Below, in pieces: positions 43,557-54,007 of a stretch of DNA of 64,000 nucleotides. The position numbers and the translations under genes are program-made. The stretch comes from an uncultured Alphaproteobacteria bacterium (lineage in GTDB: Bacteria; Pseudomonadota; Alphaproteobacteria; Rs-D84): NCBI GenBank assembly GCA_944392815.1, contig CALXXY010000002.1, forward strand, positions 1-64,000, read 5' to 3'. Positions within the stretch are counted from its first letter, which is position 1. Every line of letters starts with the position of its first letter. The notes beneath the pieces are model-generated. The model ran no database searches. It saw only the letters and a list, made by a program, of their open reading frames with translations, and was not told the origin of the DNA.

Positions 43557-46346
43557 TTACATTGCGATTTCATACCACACTGGACTGCCATCGCCATCCG
43601 TGCCCAGTACGCTGTTCGCTGGTTTTGCGCCCGCCGGCGCGGCCACTGCGTTCGCCGCGTTATCCAACGCGCTTTGCACATCGGTCGCCAATTTAGATTT
43701 CGAAATTGCCGCATCGGCCGCAACATCGGCGTCATGAATCTGATCCTTGTACGCCAACGCCTTCAGATCTGCGGTATTGGCCTTGCCATCAATTTCGTCC
43801 TGCAAATCCTGGTGCAATTTCGGTTTAGTCACCGCACCATCATCGATTTGATCGGTGTTAATATCTACACCCTCGGCCACAGTGTTGGTGACATATGCCT
43901 CGACTGCGTGAACCGTCGGATATTTGGTCGTGGATCCGGTATCCGCCGTCATATCGTCGGTCTTGTTCGCGGCATTTTCGGCGGTGTATCCCAACGCGTC
44001 TTGCTTGCCCGCGATATCATCGGCATAGCCGTCGTACACAGAAACCTTTTCCGCGGTAATGCCCGAATTCACGGCATTCAATTGTTCGGCGGTCAAAGCG
44101 TCCTGTTTCCCGGCGACATCTTGGCTTGCCTTCTCTGCCGCCGCCTTGGCATCGGCAACATCGGCAACCAATCCGGATTCGCCATTCCCAATTATATTGG
44201 TAATGTTCGTAATCTGGGATTGAACACCAGTGTCAGGATTCGTGATTTCGGATACCTGTTCGGTAATATTCGTCACGTTTTCTGTGACATTCGTGACGTT
44301 TTCGGTCAATTCACCGATTTGCTGAACCAGGCCACCTGCGCCATCTTCACCACTGACAGTTGTCTGCAAATCATCAACCACAGATGCGTCGGCCTTGGCC
44401 GCCAATGCCGCAGTCACCGCCGCAGACGATGGATATTTTGCTTCGTCATTGGTAATTGTTGTCGCCTCGCGCGCGGAAACATCTTGCTTTAATGCCAAAT
44501 TGGCTTGCACGCTTTCCGCGGTTTGCGCCGCTTCCTCGGCCGCGGTTTGTGCCGCTGATGCCGCGGTATTCGCCGCCCCTATCTGGTCGGCTAAACCTGT
44601 ACCCTCGGCATTAATGGTCGAATCCAATTGCCCAACCGTCTGTTCCAGTGTATCCAGTTCGGACGCATTGGCCTTGGTTTCCAATTCTTTATACACGGCC
44701 GCGCCAGATGGGTATTTTGTTGTATCGGCCTCGGACACAACCTGAACCAGGTTCGAAACATCTTGTTTTCCGGCCAGGACCTGTTCCATACCCTCCATAC
44801 CGCCAACGGCAACGTCCTCTAACTTTTCGTCAATCTGCGCTGTGGTATACGCGTCGGTAATGCCGTATCCGGCCAACGTTGTGGCTTTATCGGCCTTGCC
44901 CGCCAAAGCGTCCGTCAGTTCCGTATCCGTCACCATATTTTCCGTGGCGGTCGAAATCGCACCACTCAAACCGTCTGTCGTCACATAGTTCGACGCATCG
45001 GTCAATTCAGCAACAGTTGTGGGAACGTCATCAACGTTCGCCTTGGCCGCCAACGCCGCCGTCACCGCGGACGTAGACGGATAATCTGTATCGCTGTTGG
45101 TCAGTGTTGTTTTTTTGTTCAAAACATCTTCTTTGCCGGTCAGGCCAGCCAACGCCTGGGCCGCGCTTTCCGCCGCCCCGGTTGCCGTGGCTGCCGCACT
45201 GCCCGCCAATTGGGAAACAGTTTCCAATTCGCCGTCCAACGCGGTCACATTGCCAGACAAATCATTAACACTTTTGACCAGACCGGAATTCACATCGCCA
45301 ACCGTTGTTTTTAACCCAGCAACGTCAGTTTTAAATTGTTCGATTTCCGCACTGCCAACAATATCGCTGGTGGCGTCCTCGATGGCCTTGGTAATTTCTT
45401 CCCTGTTCATGGCGTCACTGATGCCATAGCCCGCCAGGGTTGTGGCCTTGTCCGCCTTGGTGGACAGTTTGTCATCTACATATTGTATAGTCGCGTATGT
45501 ATCGGCCAAATTCGCAATTGCCGCGCCAATCGCAGCATTCATCTGTTCGGTCGTGGAATATGCGTCCAAATTCGCCGGATCGCCGGGTTCGCCCTTTTCA
45601 CCCTGGGGACCGGTAATATCCGCCTTGGCAATCAGTTCACGCCAGTCATCATTTCCTTCACCAACATAGCGCCACAACAAATGCGTATCATTGGAACCTA
45701 ATTCAACCTCACGCCCATCTTTGCCCGCAACAGTTTCCAACGCACCCTGCAACGCATCAACATCGACAAAGATTTCATTGTCATCTTCGATAATAATATA
45801 TCCGTCCGCCCCCGGGATTAATTTACCCTGGGTTTCGTCCCTTAATATATCAATGCTTTCGTGAATATCACTGTCGGCGGTGTGTAAATCCTCGACCTCG
45901 CGCATTAAATCGTCCACGTCCTGGCGCAATCCGGACACATCAGGATTGGTATCACCCCCAGATGACGAACCACCACCAGACGACGAAGAACCACCCCCAG
46001 ACGGGCGCAGTGAACTGCCCCCGCTGACGGCCGTGCCGCCACCCAAATAATGACCAATCGACAAACGCGGCGACGTTGCAACGCGGCCAGATGTGGTGTT
46101 GCTGGTACTGATTGATGTGGCCGTCCCAGACGCACCGGAATTCGGCGTCACCCGCAGCGACCCACCGCGCACAGACGCCGTGGAATTCGCGGCACTGCCA
46201 CTGCCCGCGGCCGCCGCATCGGACGCACTGGCATATGTCCCAGCCCCGCCCAACGCACGAACCGACGACGCGCCGTACGCCCCAGAAACCGCCGTGCATA
46301 ATACGCAAATAATTGCTAATCTTGAAATTTTCAGATCGTGTTTCAT
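43557..46346 (-). CDS. Secreted fibre-like repeat protein A (~929 aa)
   Basis: Signal peptide, Ser/Gly linker, short collagen-like GPQGEKGEPGDP, two KADKATTLAGYGI.DA repeats, YPS..AV modules. Confidence 0.85.
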   Translation of the reverse strand: MKHDLKISRLAIICVLCTAVSGAYGASSVRALGGAGTYASASDAAAAGSGSAANSTASVRGGSLRVTPNSGASGTATSISTSNTTSGRVATSPRLSIGHYLGGGTAVSGGSSLRPSGGGSSSSGGGSSSGGDTNPDVSGLRQDVDDLMREVEDLHTADSDIHESIDILRDETQGKLIPGADGYIIIEDDNEIFVDVDALQGALETVAGKDGREVELGSNDTHLLWRYVGEGNDDWRELIAKADITGPQGEKGEPGDPANLDAYSTTEQMNAAIGAAIANLADTYATIQYVDDKLSTKADKATTLAGYGISDAMNREEITKAIEDATSDIVGSAEIEQFKTDVAGLKTTVGDVNSGLVKSVNDLSGNVTALDGELETVSQLAGSAAATATGAAESAAQALAGLTGKEDVLNKKTTLTNSDTDYPSTSAVTAALAAKANVDDVPTTVAELTDASNYVTTDGLSGAISTATENMVTDTELTDALAGKADKATTLAGYGITDAYTTAQIDEKLEDVAVGGMEGMEQVLAGKQDVSNLVQVVSEADTTKYPSGAAVYKELETKANASELDTLEQTVGQLDSTINAEGTGLADQIGAANTAASAAQTAAEEAAQTAESVQANLALKQDVSAREATTITNDEAKYPSSAAVTAALAAKADASVVDDLQTTVSGEDGAGGLVQQIGELTENVTNVTENVTNITEQVSEITNPDTGVQSQITNITNIIGNGESGLVADVADAKAAAEKASQDVAGKQDALTAEQLNAVNSGITAEKVSVYDGYADDIAGKQDALGYTAENAANKTDDMTADTGSTTKYPTVHAVEAYVTNTVAEGVDINTDQIDDGAVTKPKLHQDLQDEIDGKANTADLKALAYKDQIHDADVAADAAISKSKLATDVQSALDNAANAVAAPAGAKPANSVLGTDGDGSPVWYEIAM

Positions 46347-46408
46347 CAATTCCCTCTACTTACGCAATGATAACATATTTCTGCGAATCGGGTCAATAGC
46401 ATTTTGTG

Positions 46409-47131
46409 TTAAAATTCATATCTGATTCCGACCGATATAGAATTATCCAATATGAAATCGATATCATTCTGGAACCATGTCGCACCACTGCCGTCATCAA
46501 AATGCAGATTATTTATGCGCTGATCCCCGCCCATCAGACCCGACAGACGATACCGAATATCCAGCACTAAATTATTATCCAATTCGTGTGAATACCCGAC
46601 CATCACGCCGGCCATCGGTGAAAAATTATATTCTGTGCGTTCACTGCCGTCGGCCCAGGTCATATCCAACGTAGTAATGGACATAGCCGCACCAACACCC
46701 GCACCCAAATACAAACCGTTTGTGAAATCATAATACCCATTCAGCAATACATACGGGATTTGCATTGTGAATTCAGCGGCGAAATCTTTGTCCTTGAAAT
46801 AGCCCAGATAACCGGCCTCTAACTCTGCACGCCAAAAATACGCGAACTGACGACCGCCGAATAAACTGCCACCAAATGCGGGCTCGAACGAATATTTGTC
46901 GCTGCCATAACTTTCGACAGGATTAAAATTATCACCTGTGCTGTATTCGTTTTTCCAATTCCAGAAATTTAAATCTGCGCGTGCACCAATGTACCAGCCG
47001 GTTTTTGCCTTGTCCGTGTAATCATATGTCACGACATACCCGCCGTCTGCGCCGCGTGTCAAATAACTGGGTGCCGCAACCGCAGGCGTCGCACAGGCCA
47101 GCAAAACAGCCAAAGAAACTAATCTTTTCAT
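46409..47131 (-). CDS. Outer membrane beta-barrel protein (OmpA-like 8-strand type)
   Basis: Signal peptide, WRAELEAGY, NGYYDF..YLGAGVG, C-terminal SVGIRYEF. Confidence 0.85.
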   Translation of the reverse strand: MKRLVSLAVLLACATPAVAAPSYLTRGADGGYVVTYDYTDKAKTGWYIGARADLNFWNWKNEYSTGDNFNPVESYGSDKYSFEPAFGGSLFGGRQFAYFWRAELEAGYLGYFKDKDFAAEFTMQIPYVLLNGYYDFTNGLYLGAGVGAAMSITTLDMTWADGSERTEYNFSPMAGVMVGYSHELDNNLVLDIRYRLSGLMGGDQRINNLHFDDGSGATWFQNDIDFILDNSISVGIRYEF

Positions 47132-47271
47132 ATTTCCTTCCTTTTTATTTAATTCGATTTATTATATCATAAAACGACACATCAAAAAAAGTAGAAAATC
47201 ATATATTGACATTTTTTTATAAAATCTGGTAAATTAATATCATATAGATATCACGAAGGGGAAAAATAATT

Positions 47272-47673
47272 ATGAAAAAAATTTTATTGTGCATGGCAAT
47301 TTTGACAATGACTGCGTGCAGCGGCGTGGGCAACATCAATGATGACAAGGTGTTTTTCGCATTCGATTCCGCGGTGATTTCTGATGACGCACGCGCAGAA
47401 TTGGAAAAACAATCATTATATATGAAACAAAATCCGGATAAAAATGTTGTGCTCGAGGGTCACTGTGACGAACGCGGTTCCACGGAATACAACCTGGCAC
47501 TGGGGGCATTGCGTGCGGGTAATGCGGCACACGTGCTGATTGCCGACGGAATCGAACCTGAACGTATTAAAACAATTTCATATGGCAAAGAACGTCCGCA
47601 ATATCCCGGCACAGGCGAAGAAGTATGGGCATTAAATCGTAATTCCACGACCAAGGTTGTCGATGCCGAATAA
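47272..47673 (+). CDS. pal: Peptidoglycan-associated lipoprotein
   Basis: Lipobox MTAC, VFFAFDS, EGHCDERGSTEYNLALG, SYGKERP. Confidence 0.93.
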   Translation: MKKILLCMAILTMTACSGVGNINDDKVFFAFDSAVISDDARAELEKQSLYMKQNPDKNVVLEGHCDERGSTEYNLALGALRAGNAAHVLIADGIEPERIKTISYGKERPQYPGTGEEVWALNRNSTTKVVDAE

Positions 47674-47717
47674 AAAAATAAAAATGCGCCACGGCGCATT
47701 TTTATTTTTATGTATGC

Positions 47718-47746
47718 TTGACCATATAATCTTTTTTTAATATCAT
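47718..47746 (+). promoter_or_regulatory. Sigma70-type promoter, probably giving a leaderless ftsE mRNA
   Basis: TTGACC-17 nt-TATCAT-7 nt-ATG, no SD. Confidence 0.55.
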
Positions 47747-47753
47747 TTTTCAT

Positions 47754-48551
47754 ATGGAAAATAACACAGCAATATCTTTTGCAAATGTGGGTGCGCGATA
47801 TGATAACGGTCGCGAAGTATTATCCGATGTTTCGTTCAACATATCTTCTGGCGGGTTTTATTTCCTGTCTGGGGCATCTGGGGCGGGCAAAACAACACTG
47901 TTGCGATTAATTTATCAATTGCATAAACCGTGCCGTGGACAAATAAAATTATTCGGGCGCATTACAAACGAAATGACGCGCGACGAAATCGCAAATCTGC
48001 GCCACAAAATGGCAATTGTATTCCAGGAATATTCCCTGTTGTCGCATATGTCTGTGTTTGACAATGTGGCACTGCCGCTGCGCGTGCGCGGATTACCCGA
48101 ATCCAAAATCAAAAAACTGGTAATCAAGGTTCTGGAATGGGTCGGTCTGGCTAAATACGCGGACGCAAATCCCAAAACTTTGTCTGGTGGCCAACAACAG
48201 CGTGTATCAGTCGCCCGCGCGATTATTATCCAGCCCGCAATTTTACTGGCCGACGAACCAACCGGCAACCTGGACGACGAAAATGCGTCGCGCCTGATGG
48301 AATTGTTTATACAAATGAACAAAACATTTGGGACAACTATTATTTTGGCCACACACAGCACTAAATTAATGGAAACATACAAATTCCCAATCATTCACGT
48401 GGAAAATCATCGCGTCAGTTTTTCTGGCGCACGCGACACTGCTGTGCATGCCACCGCCCCCGCCCAACCAACGCGGGTATGGCGTGGCCCCAAACCACAA
48501 AATTACTTCGCAGAATTATCAAAACAATTTGACGATATTGGGAACGCATAA
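47754..48551 (+). CDS. ftsE: Cell division ATP-binding protein FtsE
   Basis: [29 protein letters not shown]; precedes the ftsX-like gene. Confidence 0.9.
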   Translation: MENNTAISFANVGARYDNGREVLSDVSFNISSGGFYFLSGASGAGKTTLLRLIYQLHKPCRGQIKLFGRITNEMTRDEIANLRHKMAIVFQEYSLLSHMSVFDNVALPLRVRGLPESKIKKLVIKVLEWVGLAKYADANPKTLSGGQQQRVSVARAIIIQPAILLADEPTGNLDDENASRLMELFIQMNKTFGTTIILATHSTKLMETYKFPIIHVENHRVSFSGARDTAVHATAPAQPTRVWRGPKPQNYFAELSKQFDDIGNA

Positions 48552-49394
48552 ATGACAAAACGGCCAATTGTATTTTCACTGGTACACGAACAATCTATAT
48601 TCATGACGGCAATCATGGGGTTGCTGACATTTTTGGCCGTGGTGGCGTTTGGAATCGCATTGGCAATCGGCACGGGCGTAGTGCGCTGGAATTCACAGTG
48701 GGATTTGACTGCAACTGTGCAAATTATGAATCCAGATAACGCCGCGGCCGTCAACAAAATTATTGATGAAAATGGCGATAAAATAAAATCCAGCACAGAA
48801 ATCACGACCGATGAAATGCGTGATTTATTGCGCCCATGGCTGTCTGGGGGCGGTGGCGCATTGGAAAATTATTTGCCAAAAATGTATGAAATTCAGTTTA
48901 ATTCCGCCGACGACATGGAATCAGTTCAAACACAAATCGGCGACAATGCACGATTCCTGACACACGCATCGGCATTGCACAGTTCCACATCAGCCGGGTG
49001 GAAAATGATATTTATATCGGCGTTCGTGTTGCTGTTAACGTTGGGCGCAATTGGCGTATGCATTTCGTACATCGCACGAAACACAGCATTACTGCACAAA
49101 CGTGAATTGGAAATATTAAATCAAATCGGCGCAACGGACTCGTACGTCGCGCGCCAAATGCAGATAATCATTGCAAAAATCTGCACCGTCGCATGCAGTG
49201 CTGGATTCGTTGTCGCGGCACCTGTATTGTTATTAATCCTGGGTGCGGCACACAGTGCGCGTGTTGGCCTGATGGCAATGTTGGGAATTTCTGGTTGGGG
49301 TTGGTTTGCGCTGTTTTTGTTGCCTGTGGCGATTATAATTTTCGCGATATGGATAACAAAACGCACAACTGTAAATATATTAAAGAATGATTAA
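48552..49394 (+). CDS. ftsX: FtsX-like permease
   Basis: Four TM segments, HKRELEILNQIGATDSYVAR. Confidence 0.8.
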   Translation: MTKRPIVFSLVHEQSIFMTAIMGLLTFLAVVAFGIALAIGTGVVRWNSQWDLTATVQIMNPDNAAAVNKIIDENGDKIKSSTEITTDEMRDLLRPWLSGGGGALENYLPKMYEIQFNSADDMESVQTQIGDNARFLTHASALHSSTSAGWKMIFISAFVLLLTLGAIGVCISYIARNTALLHKRELEILNQIGATDSYVARQMQIIIAKICTVACSAGFVVAAPVLLLILGAAHSARVGLMAMLGISGWGWFALFLLPVAIIIFAIWITKRTTVNILKND

Positions 49395-49903
49395 TGAGAT
49401 TGTTAACCCCATCTTTGTTATTAATCACGTGTTTTGTAATTGGTGGTGCGGTATTTAAATCCGTGGCCCCGCGCAGGTGCCCCGCCATTTTACCCAACGA
49501 CACCATATTTGTACTGACGGGCGATATGCGCCGCATACCATTTGCCATGCGCCAACTGCGCAAATATCCAAACACAGATTTATACATAATCGGCGCGGGC
49601 GTAAACGGTTCGTTCGACATGGCCCGCCGCGTCACAATTGAATCAGAATCTAAATCCACATACCAAAACGCATTGGCCATACGGGACATAGCCACAACCA
49701 ACGGATTAAATCGCATCGTCCTGATTACGACCGAAGATCACATGAACCGCGCCAAATATTTAATAGAACACGAATTGCCATATACGGAAATAGTCGCCTG
49801 CCCTGTGCCATTGTCGGATATGCCGGTCACAAAACGACTTGAAAGATGGGCCATAGAATATGTAAAATACATCGTCACTTTATTCGGATTCAAAGAAGGT
49901 TAA
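49394..49903 (+). CDS. YdcF/DUF218 family protein
   Basis: IFVLTGD..RI, STYQNA, LITTEDHMNRA, EYVKY. Confidence 0.85.
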   Translation: MRLLTPSLLLITCFVIGGAVFKSVAPRRCPAILPNDTIFVLTGDMRRIPFAMRQLRKYPNTDLYIIGAGVNGSFDMARRVTIESESKSTYQNALAIRDIATTNGLNRIVLITTEDHMNRAKYLIEHELPYTEIVACPVPLSDMPVTKRLERWAIEYVKYIVTLFGFKEG

Positions 49904-49934
49904 ACTTTAAATAACACAAAGGAAAAAAAACAAA

Positions 49935-50642
49935 ATGTTCAGAACGATTATTTTTAAACTGGTATTGGCATTGCATTTTATTTTGTGGGCACCAATATTG
50001 CTGGTGGGATTAATTTCGGACCGTATTAACAGATTTTTTGTTTTGACATGCGCGTCTGGTGTGCTGTTTTTGGCACGTGTTGTCGCGGGCATAAAATATG
50101 AAATACACTATCCCCCACACGAAGAAAACGGTGTCCCAGTTGCCCCAAACGGCAACATTCGCCTGGACGGGAAATCAATCATTGCGGCAAAACATATGTC
50201 CATATTGGAAATAGCAGTTTTATCCACCCATATTCGCAATTCTTTTTTCATTATCAAACGTGAATTGCTGTGGATACCTATTTACGGGTGGGCATTTTGG
50301 CGCATGGGACTGCAGCCGGTAAACCGTGCCCGTGGCGCAACAAACATGCAAAAATTAACCCACGCAGTTGCAAAAAAAATCATGGACGGCAAAGTGTTAA
50401 TCATTTTCCCCGAAGGCACCCGTGTCAAACCCGGCCAAACGGTAAAATTAAAACGCGGATTGCTGTTTTTGGCCCACGAATTAAAATTGCCTATTTTACC
50501 GGTCGGCACAGACGCAGGAAAATATTGGCCCAAACATGGCCGTATGCACAGTGGCACCGCACACGTATGGTTCGAACCTGTATTACCATGTAATGCGTCG
50601 CTGGACGAAATATCCGCGGCCATCAACCGCCACAGCGCATAA
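49935..50642 (+). CDS. plsC: Lysophospholipid acyltransferase (PlsC-like)
   Basis: AKHMSILE, KREL..IP..GW, IFPEGTR. Confidence 0.85.
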   Translation: MFRTIIFKLVLALHFILWAPILLVGLISDRINRFFVLTCASGVLFLARVVAGIKYEIHYPPHEENGVPVAPNGNIRLDGKSIIAAKHMSILEIAVLSTHIRNSFFIIKRELLWIPIYGWAFWRMGLQPVNRARGATNMQKLTHAVAKKIMDGKVLIIFPEGTRVKPGQTVKLKRGLLFLAHELKLPILPVGTDAGKYWPKHGRMHSGTAHVWFEPVLPCNASLDEISAAINRHSA

Positions 50643-50798
50643 ATAAAAAATCCCGCACTGCGGGATTTTTTACAGCATTGACAATCGCCCAGAAATTCGG
50701 GTAAAATAAATACAAGCAAATGCCGAAAAAAACCACCGGTTTCCATCGGTGTTTTTTATATTCAGAATAATAATAACGTTATTATAAATACTGTATTT

Positions 50799-51206
50799 TT
50801 ATTCACACCACGATGCGCGACGCCCGCCATCGTACGGGCGCGCCAATTTTTCATTTAATAAAATTTTTGATACATCGTGCCCATCGGCGTCATACACACG
50901 CGCATCAATCCGCCCCAAATACTTATCGTCCCGCACATTACGCAGTTCCACAATTGTGCCAACTGGCAATAATTCAGCCAACCTGTCGCGCGCCTGCACC
51001 GCCATTGTAGTTTCACTGTCACATTGCCCATGAATTTCAGGCGTATCCACATTATCCAACCGCACCCGCACGGCAACAGTTATATCATCGTCCAACAGCA
51101 CATGCGCCCCAAACGTATCACCATCGACTATATAATCAACAACAGCCGGCACGCCCCACGCCGCACCGGCCAAAAATACAGCACAAAAACATAAAATCCA
51201 GCGCAT
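50799..51206 (-). CDS. Thermonuclease (SNase) family secreted protein
   Basis: VDGDTF, VRLDNVDTPE, DKYLGRI, LARPYDGG. Confidence 0.9.
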   Translation of the reverse strand: MRWILCFCAVFLAGAAWGVPAVVDYIVDGDTFGAHVLLDDDITVAVRVRLDNVDTPEIHGQCDSETTMAVQARDRLAELLPVGTIVELRNVRDDKYLGRIDARVYDADGHDVSKILLNEKLARPYDGGRRASWCE

Positions 51207-51213
51207 ACTATAA

Positions 51214-52533
51214 CTACGGCAACCTGGGCGACCATGTTGGTTCCACCCCATACACACCATCAGGCAATTCGATATCATACACATTTTGCCCAGTAATATC
51301 GACGCTGCGAATATGGCTCATACGGTCCATACCATCAATTGATTTTTCTGTTTCATAGTACACCAACCGACGCGACCCAGGCGCCCAGGACGGTGCCTCC
51401 ATATACCAGCCGCCGGCCAAAATTTTTTCATTGCGTCCACGCGGATTCATAATACCGATGTAAAACGTATCATCTGCGATTTTTGTGAACGCGATGAATT
51501 TACCATCAGGCGACCACGCAGGCGTCGCATACCGCCCCGCCCCATACGTAATGCGTTCCACATCGCCGGTTTCTAAATCCAATATATAAATTTGTTGATT
51601 ACCACTGCGGTCGGAATTGAACGCCATTTTTTTACCGTCCGGCGAATACGACGGACTGGTATTCAGCGAATTTCCAAACGTTAATTGGCGCAATTTTTTG
51701 GATTCTATGTCATATTCATATATATGCGTTATACCATGCTTTACCAAAGACAGCGCGATTTTATTCCCATCTGGCGAAAAACGTGGCGCAAAATTCATGC
51801 CCCCAAATTGCCCCAAACGCCGCTGTTCACCTGTTTCCAAATCCAGCGTCCACACCATCGGGTCGTCATCGCGGAACGACAAAAACACGATTGTCTGCAT
51901 ATTCGGCGAAAAATGCGGCGACATAACAAAAGTATCCTCGTCCGACAGGTACCGCAATCCATATCCGTCCTGGTCCATAATCGCCATACGTTTCACACGA
52001 TCCTGGACGGGTCCGGTTTCTGCAATAAACACGATTTGAGTATCAAAATACCCAATTTCACCAGTTAAACGTTCATAAATGGCATCAGCCATAATATGCG
52101 CCAAACGTCGCACAGATTTTTTAGACGACACCAAACTTTGTGCCTCTATCTGTTCGCGGCCGGCAATATCCCACACCCAAAATTCCAGATTATACCGCCC
52201 ACCGGATTCAGCCGATAATTTTGCCTGGACCAGCACCTGGGCACGCACAGCCGACCATAATTTAAAATCCGGCATTTTGCCCATTTCAACAAATTCAGGC
52301 AACGCATCACGGGACACTATGCGAAACAACCCTGTCGATTTTAAATCGGCATCCACCACATCGCGCAACATTTCCGCATCTTTGGCAGAAACGTTCCCAA
52401 TCGTTTCGAATTTCTGCACGGCAACGGCAATGGGCTCGGTCGCGCCGGCAACAATATCAACCTTTAATTCAGCCCGTGCAGGCACCACCACCATGGCCCA
52501 GGCCACCAAAACTGCAAATATTTTTTTCATCAT
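51214..52533 (-). CDS. tolB: Tol-Pal beta-propeller protein TolB
   Basis: AHIMADAIYERLTGE.GYFDTQI, repeated P.(W/F/Y)SPDG (PD40). Confidence 0.95.
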   Translation of the reverse strand: MMKKIFAVLVAWAMVVVPARAELKVDIVAGATEPIAVAVQKFETIGNVSAKDAEMLRDVVDADLKSTGLFRIVSRDALPEFVEMGKMPDFKLWSAVRAQVLVQAKLSAESGGRYNLEFWVWDIAGREQIEAQSLVSSKKSVRRLAHIMADAIYERLTGEIGYFDTQIVFIAETGPVQDRVKRMAIMDQDGYGLRYLSDEDTFVMSPHFSPNMQTIVFLSFRDDDPMVWTLDLETGEQRRLGQFGGMNFAPRFSPDGNKIALSLVKHGITHIYEYDIESKKLRQLTFGNSLNTSPSYSPDGKKMAFNSDRSGNQQIYILDLETGDVERITYGAGRYATPAWSPDGKFIAFTKIADDTFYIGIMNPRGRNEKILAGGWYMEAPSWAPGSRRLVYYETEKSIDGMDRMSHIRSVDITGQNVYDIELPDGVYGVEPTWSPRLP

Positions 52534-52625
52534 TTGTGTAAATCCTTTCCCAACAATACAGCAATTTTATATACATATTCTGAAAAAAGCAAGAAATCAC
52601 CACCCATTTTCCACCACACACAATC

Positions 52626-52741
52626 GCCATCACAACCGCCCCCACAGCCGTAATTACAACCGTGTTGACGACCGCAATTACAAATGTATTGACAAATGTC
52701 AATACGATGATATAGTCACTTGTAAGTACGGCAGTATTGTC
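52626..52741. repeat. 12-bp-periodic G(T/C)-N4-AC array overlapping a TTGACA/TATAGT promoter
   Basis: 8-mers at 52626, 52638, 52650, 52662, 52674, 52686, 52698, 52722 and 52734. Confidence 0.65.
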
Positions 52742-52761
52742 GCCAGTATAGGAGTTTGTGT

Positions 52762-53016
52762 ATGCCAAATGTAATGCAACAATTGTTCATCATGAACATC
52801 GAAGCACTGTTAAAGGAATATGCCGCATATCGTGCATTTAACAAATCCGACAGTGTTATAAACATGCGCATTCCACACCCAATATTGGAACGCATAAAAA
52901 AATTGGCGGAACAGCAACATGTCCCATACCAATTATTAATATCATCAGTTTTATATTCTTTGGTCAGTGCGGACGCACCATCGCCCGCCCCCCAACAACC
53001 AACCCTGGGATACTGA
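52762..53016 (+). CDS. CopG/antitoxin-like ribbon-helix-helix protein
   Basis: INMRIPHPILERIKKLAEQQHVPYQLLISSVL; AGGAG SD. Confidence 0.75.
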   Translation: MPNVMQQLFIMNIEALLKEYAAYRAFNKSDSVINMRIPHPILERIKKLAEQQHVPYQLLISSVLYSLVSADAPSPAPQQPTLGY

Positions 53017-53017
53017 T

Positions 53018-53959
53018 ATGGCCACAAAATTACACGAAGAAACATTCAACACACTGCAACACACCAAACATCGTGTGAATGAAAACATCGCCCCCAGTTT
53101 ATTTCCAACCGCGGACGAATTAAACGACACTGAATATTGGTTATTTTCAGATTTGTATAATCTGTTCGGCGAACAATATATGGGCACGCCCAACAAAATT
53201 CCCGACACGTTTTTATCCACAATAAATTTTTCAGAATTCAACAAATTGCCCGCCACAAATCCAGACGGCGAAAAACGCGCCCCAGATTACCATGCGTTCT
53301 ATAGTGGACACATGGCAACATTTTTCAATGATTACACATTAAAATCGCCACGCGGCACAATTGAAAAACGTGGCGCCATGGACGCAAAATTCACACGCTA
53401 TGCATGCTGGAAAATTTTACACCCGTGGACACACACCCTGTTCGCGCAGTTATATTTCATGACCCCAGACGCCACATTTGCAGAACTGTACAACGCGTCA
53501 TATAAATATTCGCGCATATATCAACGCGCGGAATTGGCCGAATATAACAAAACCATCAACGGCATCGCCAACAGACACCACGCCAACATGCGCGAATTCA
53601 ACGCATCACTGCACAGGGCGTTTTTCTATTCCACCGACCACCACGCAATTATGGACGCGTATAATTTAACCGGCAACATTTTGGACCACATGGGATTATT
53701 GTCATTATCCGCCCGCAAAAGCGCCCTGTATCGCACAATTCGCAAATGGGACACAAATAAAAATATGTCATTTAGGCAATTTACCAACCTGTTATATAAC
53801 GAACTGGTGGACGCACGTGTAAAAATGATTCAGGACACAGGCCGCGCCCCCGAACGCGATATTTCAAAACAATCAATTCAGCAAATCACACGGGAATTAC
53901 AACAACGGGAACGCGCATTCGTAAATAAATTCGCCTATCAACATCTGCGCCAGGGGTAA
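53018..53959 (+). CDS. DinD-like protein (divergent)
   Basis: KFTRYACW, FAQLYF, R.ELAEYNK, ILDHMG, G.APE..SIQQI align by eye with DinD motifs. Confidence 0.7.
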   Translation: MATKLHEETFNTLQHTKHRVNENIAPSLFPTADELNDTEYWLFSDLYNLFGEQYMGTPNKIPDTFLSTINFSEFNKLPATNPDGEKRAPDYHAFYSGHMATFFNDYTLKSPRGTIEKRGAMDAKFTRYACWKILHPWTHTLFAQLYFMTPDATFAELYNASYKYSRIYQRAELAEYNKTINGIANRHHANMREFNASLHRAFFYSTDHHAIMDAYNLTGNILDHMGLLSLSARKSALYRTIRKWDTNKNMSFRQFTNLLYNELVDARVKMIQDTGRAPERDISKQSIQQITRELQQRERAFVNKFAYQHLRQG

Positions 53960-54007
53960 AAAATAAAAGGGAAAAAATCGGGCGGCCATTCGGCCGCCCA
54001 TTTTAAA

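Noticed and set aside
37800-46346. Prophage tail module or classical trimeric autotransporters
   Set aside because: Signal peptides are present, there are no capsid, baseplate or terminase genes, and no YadA-type C-terminal anchor ending in F/W.
52469-52768. 99-aa hydrophobic minus-strand ORF
   Set aside because: Its 4-aa periodicity follows from the 12-bp DNA array, and it overlaps the tolB start and a promoter. Not fully excluded.
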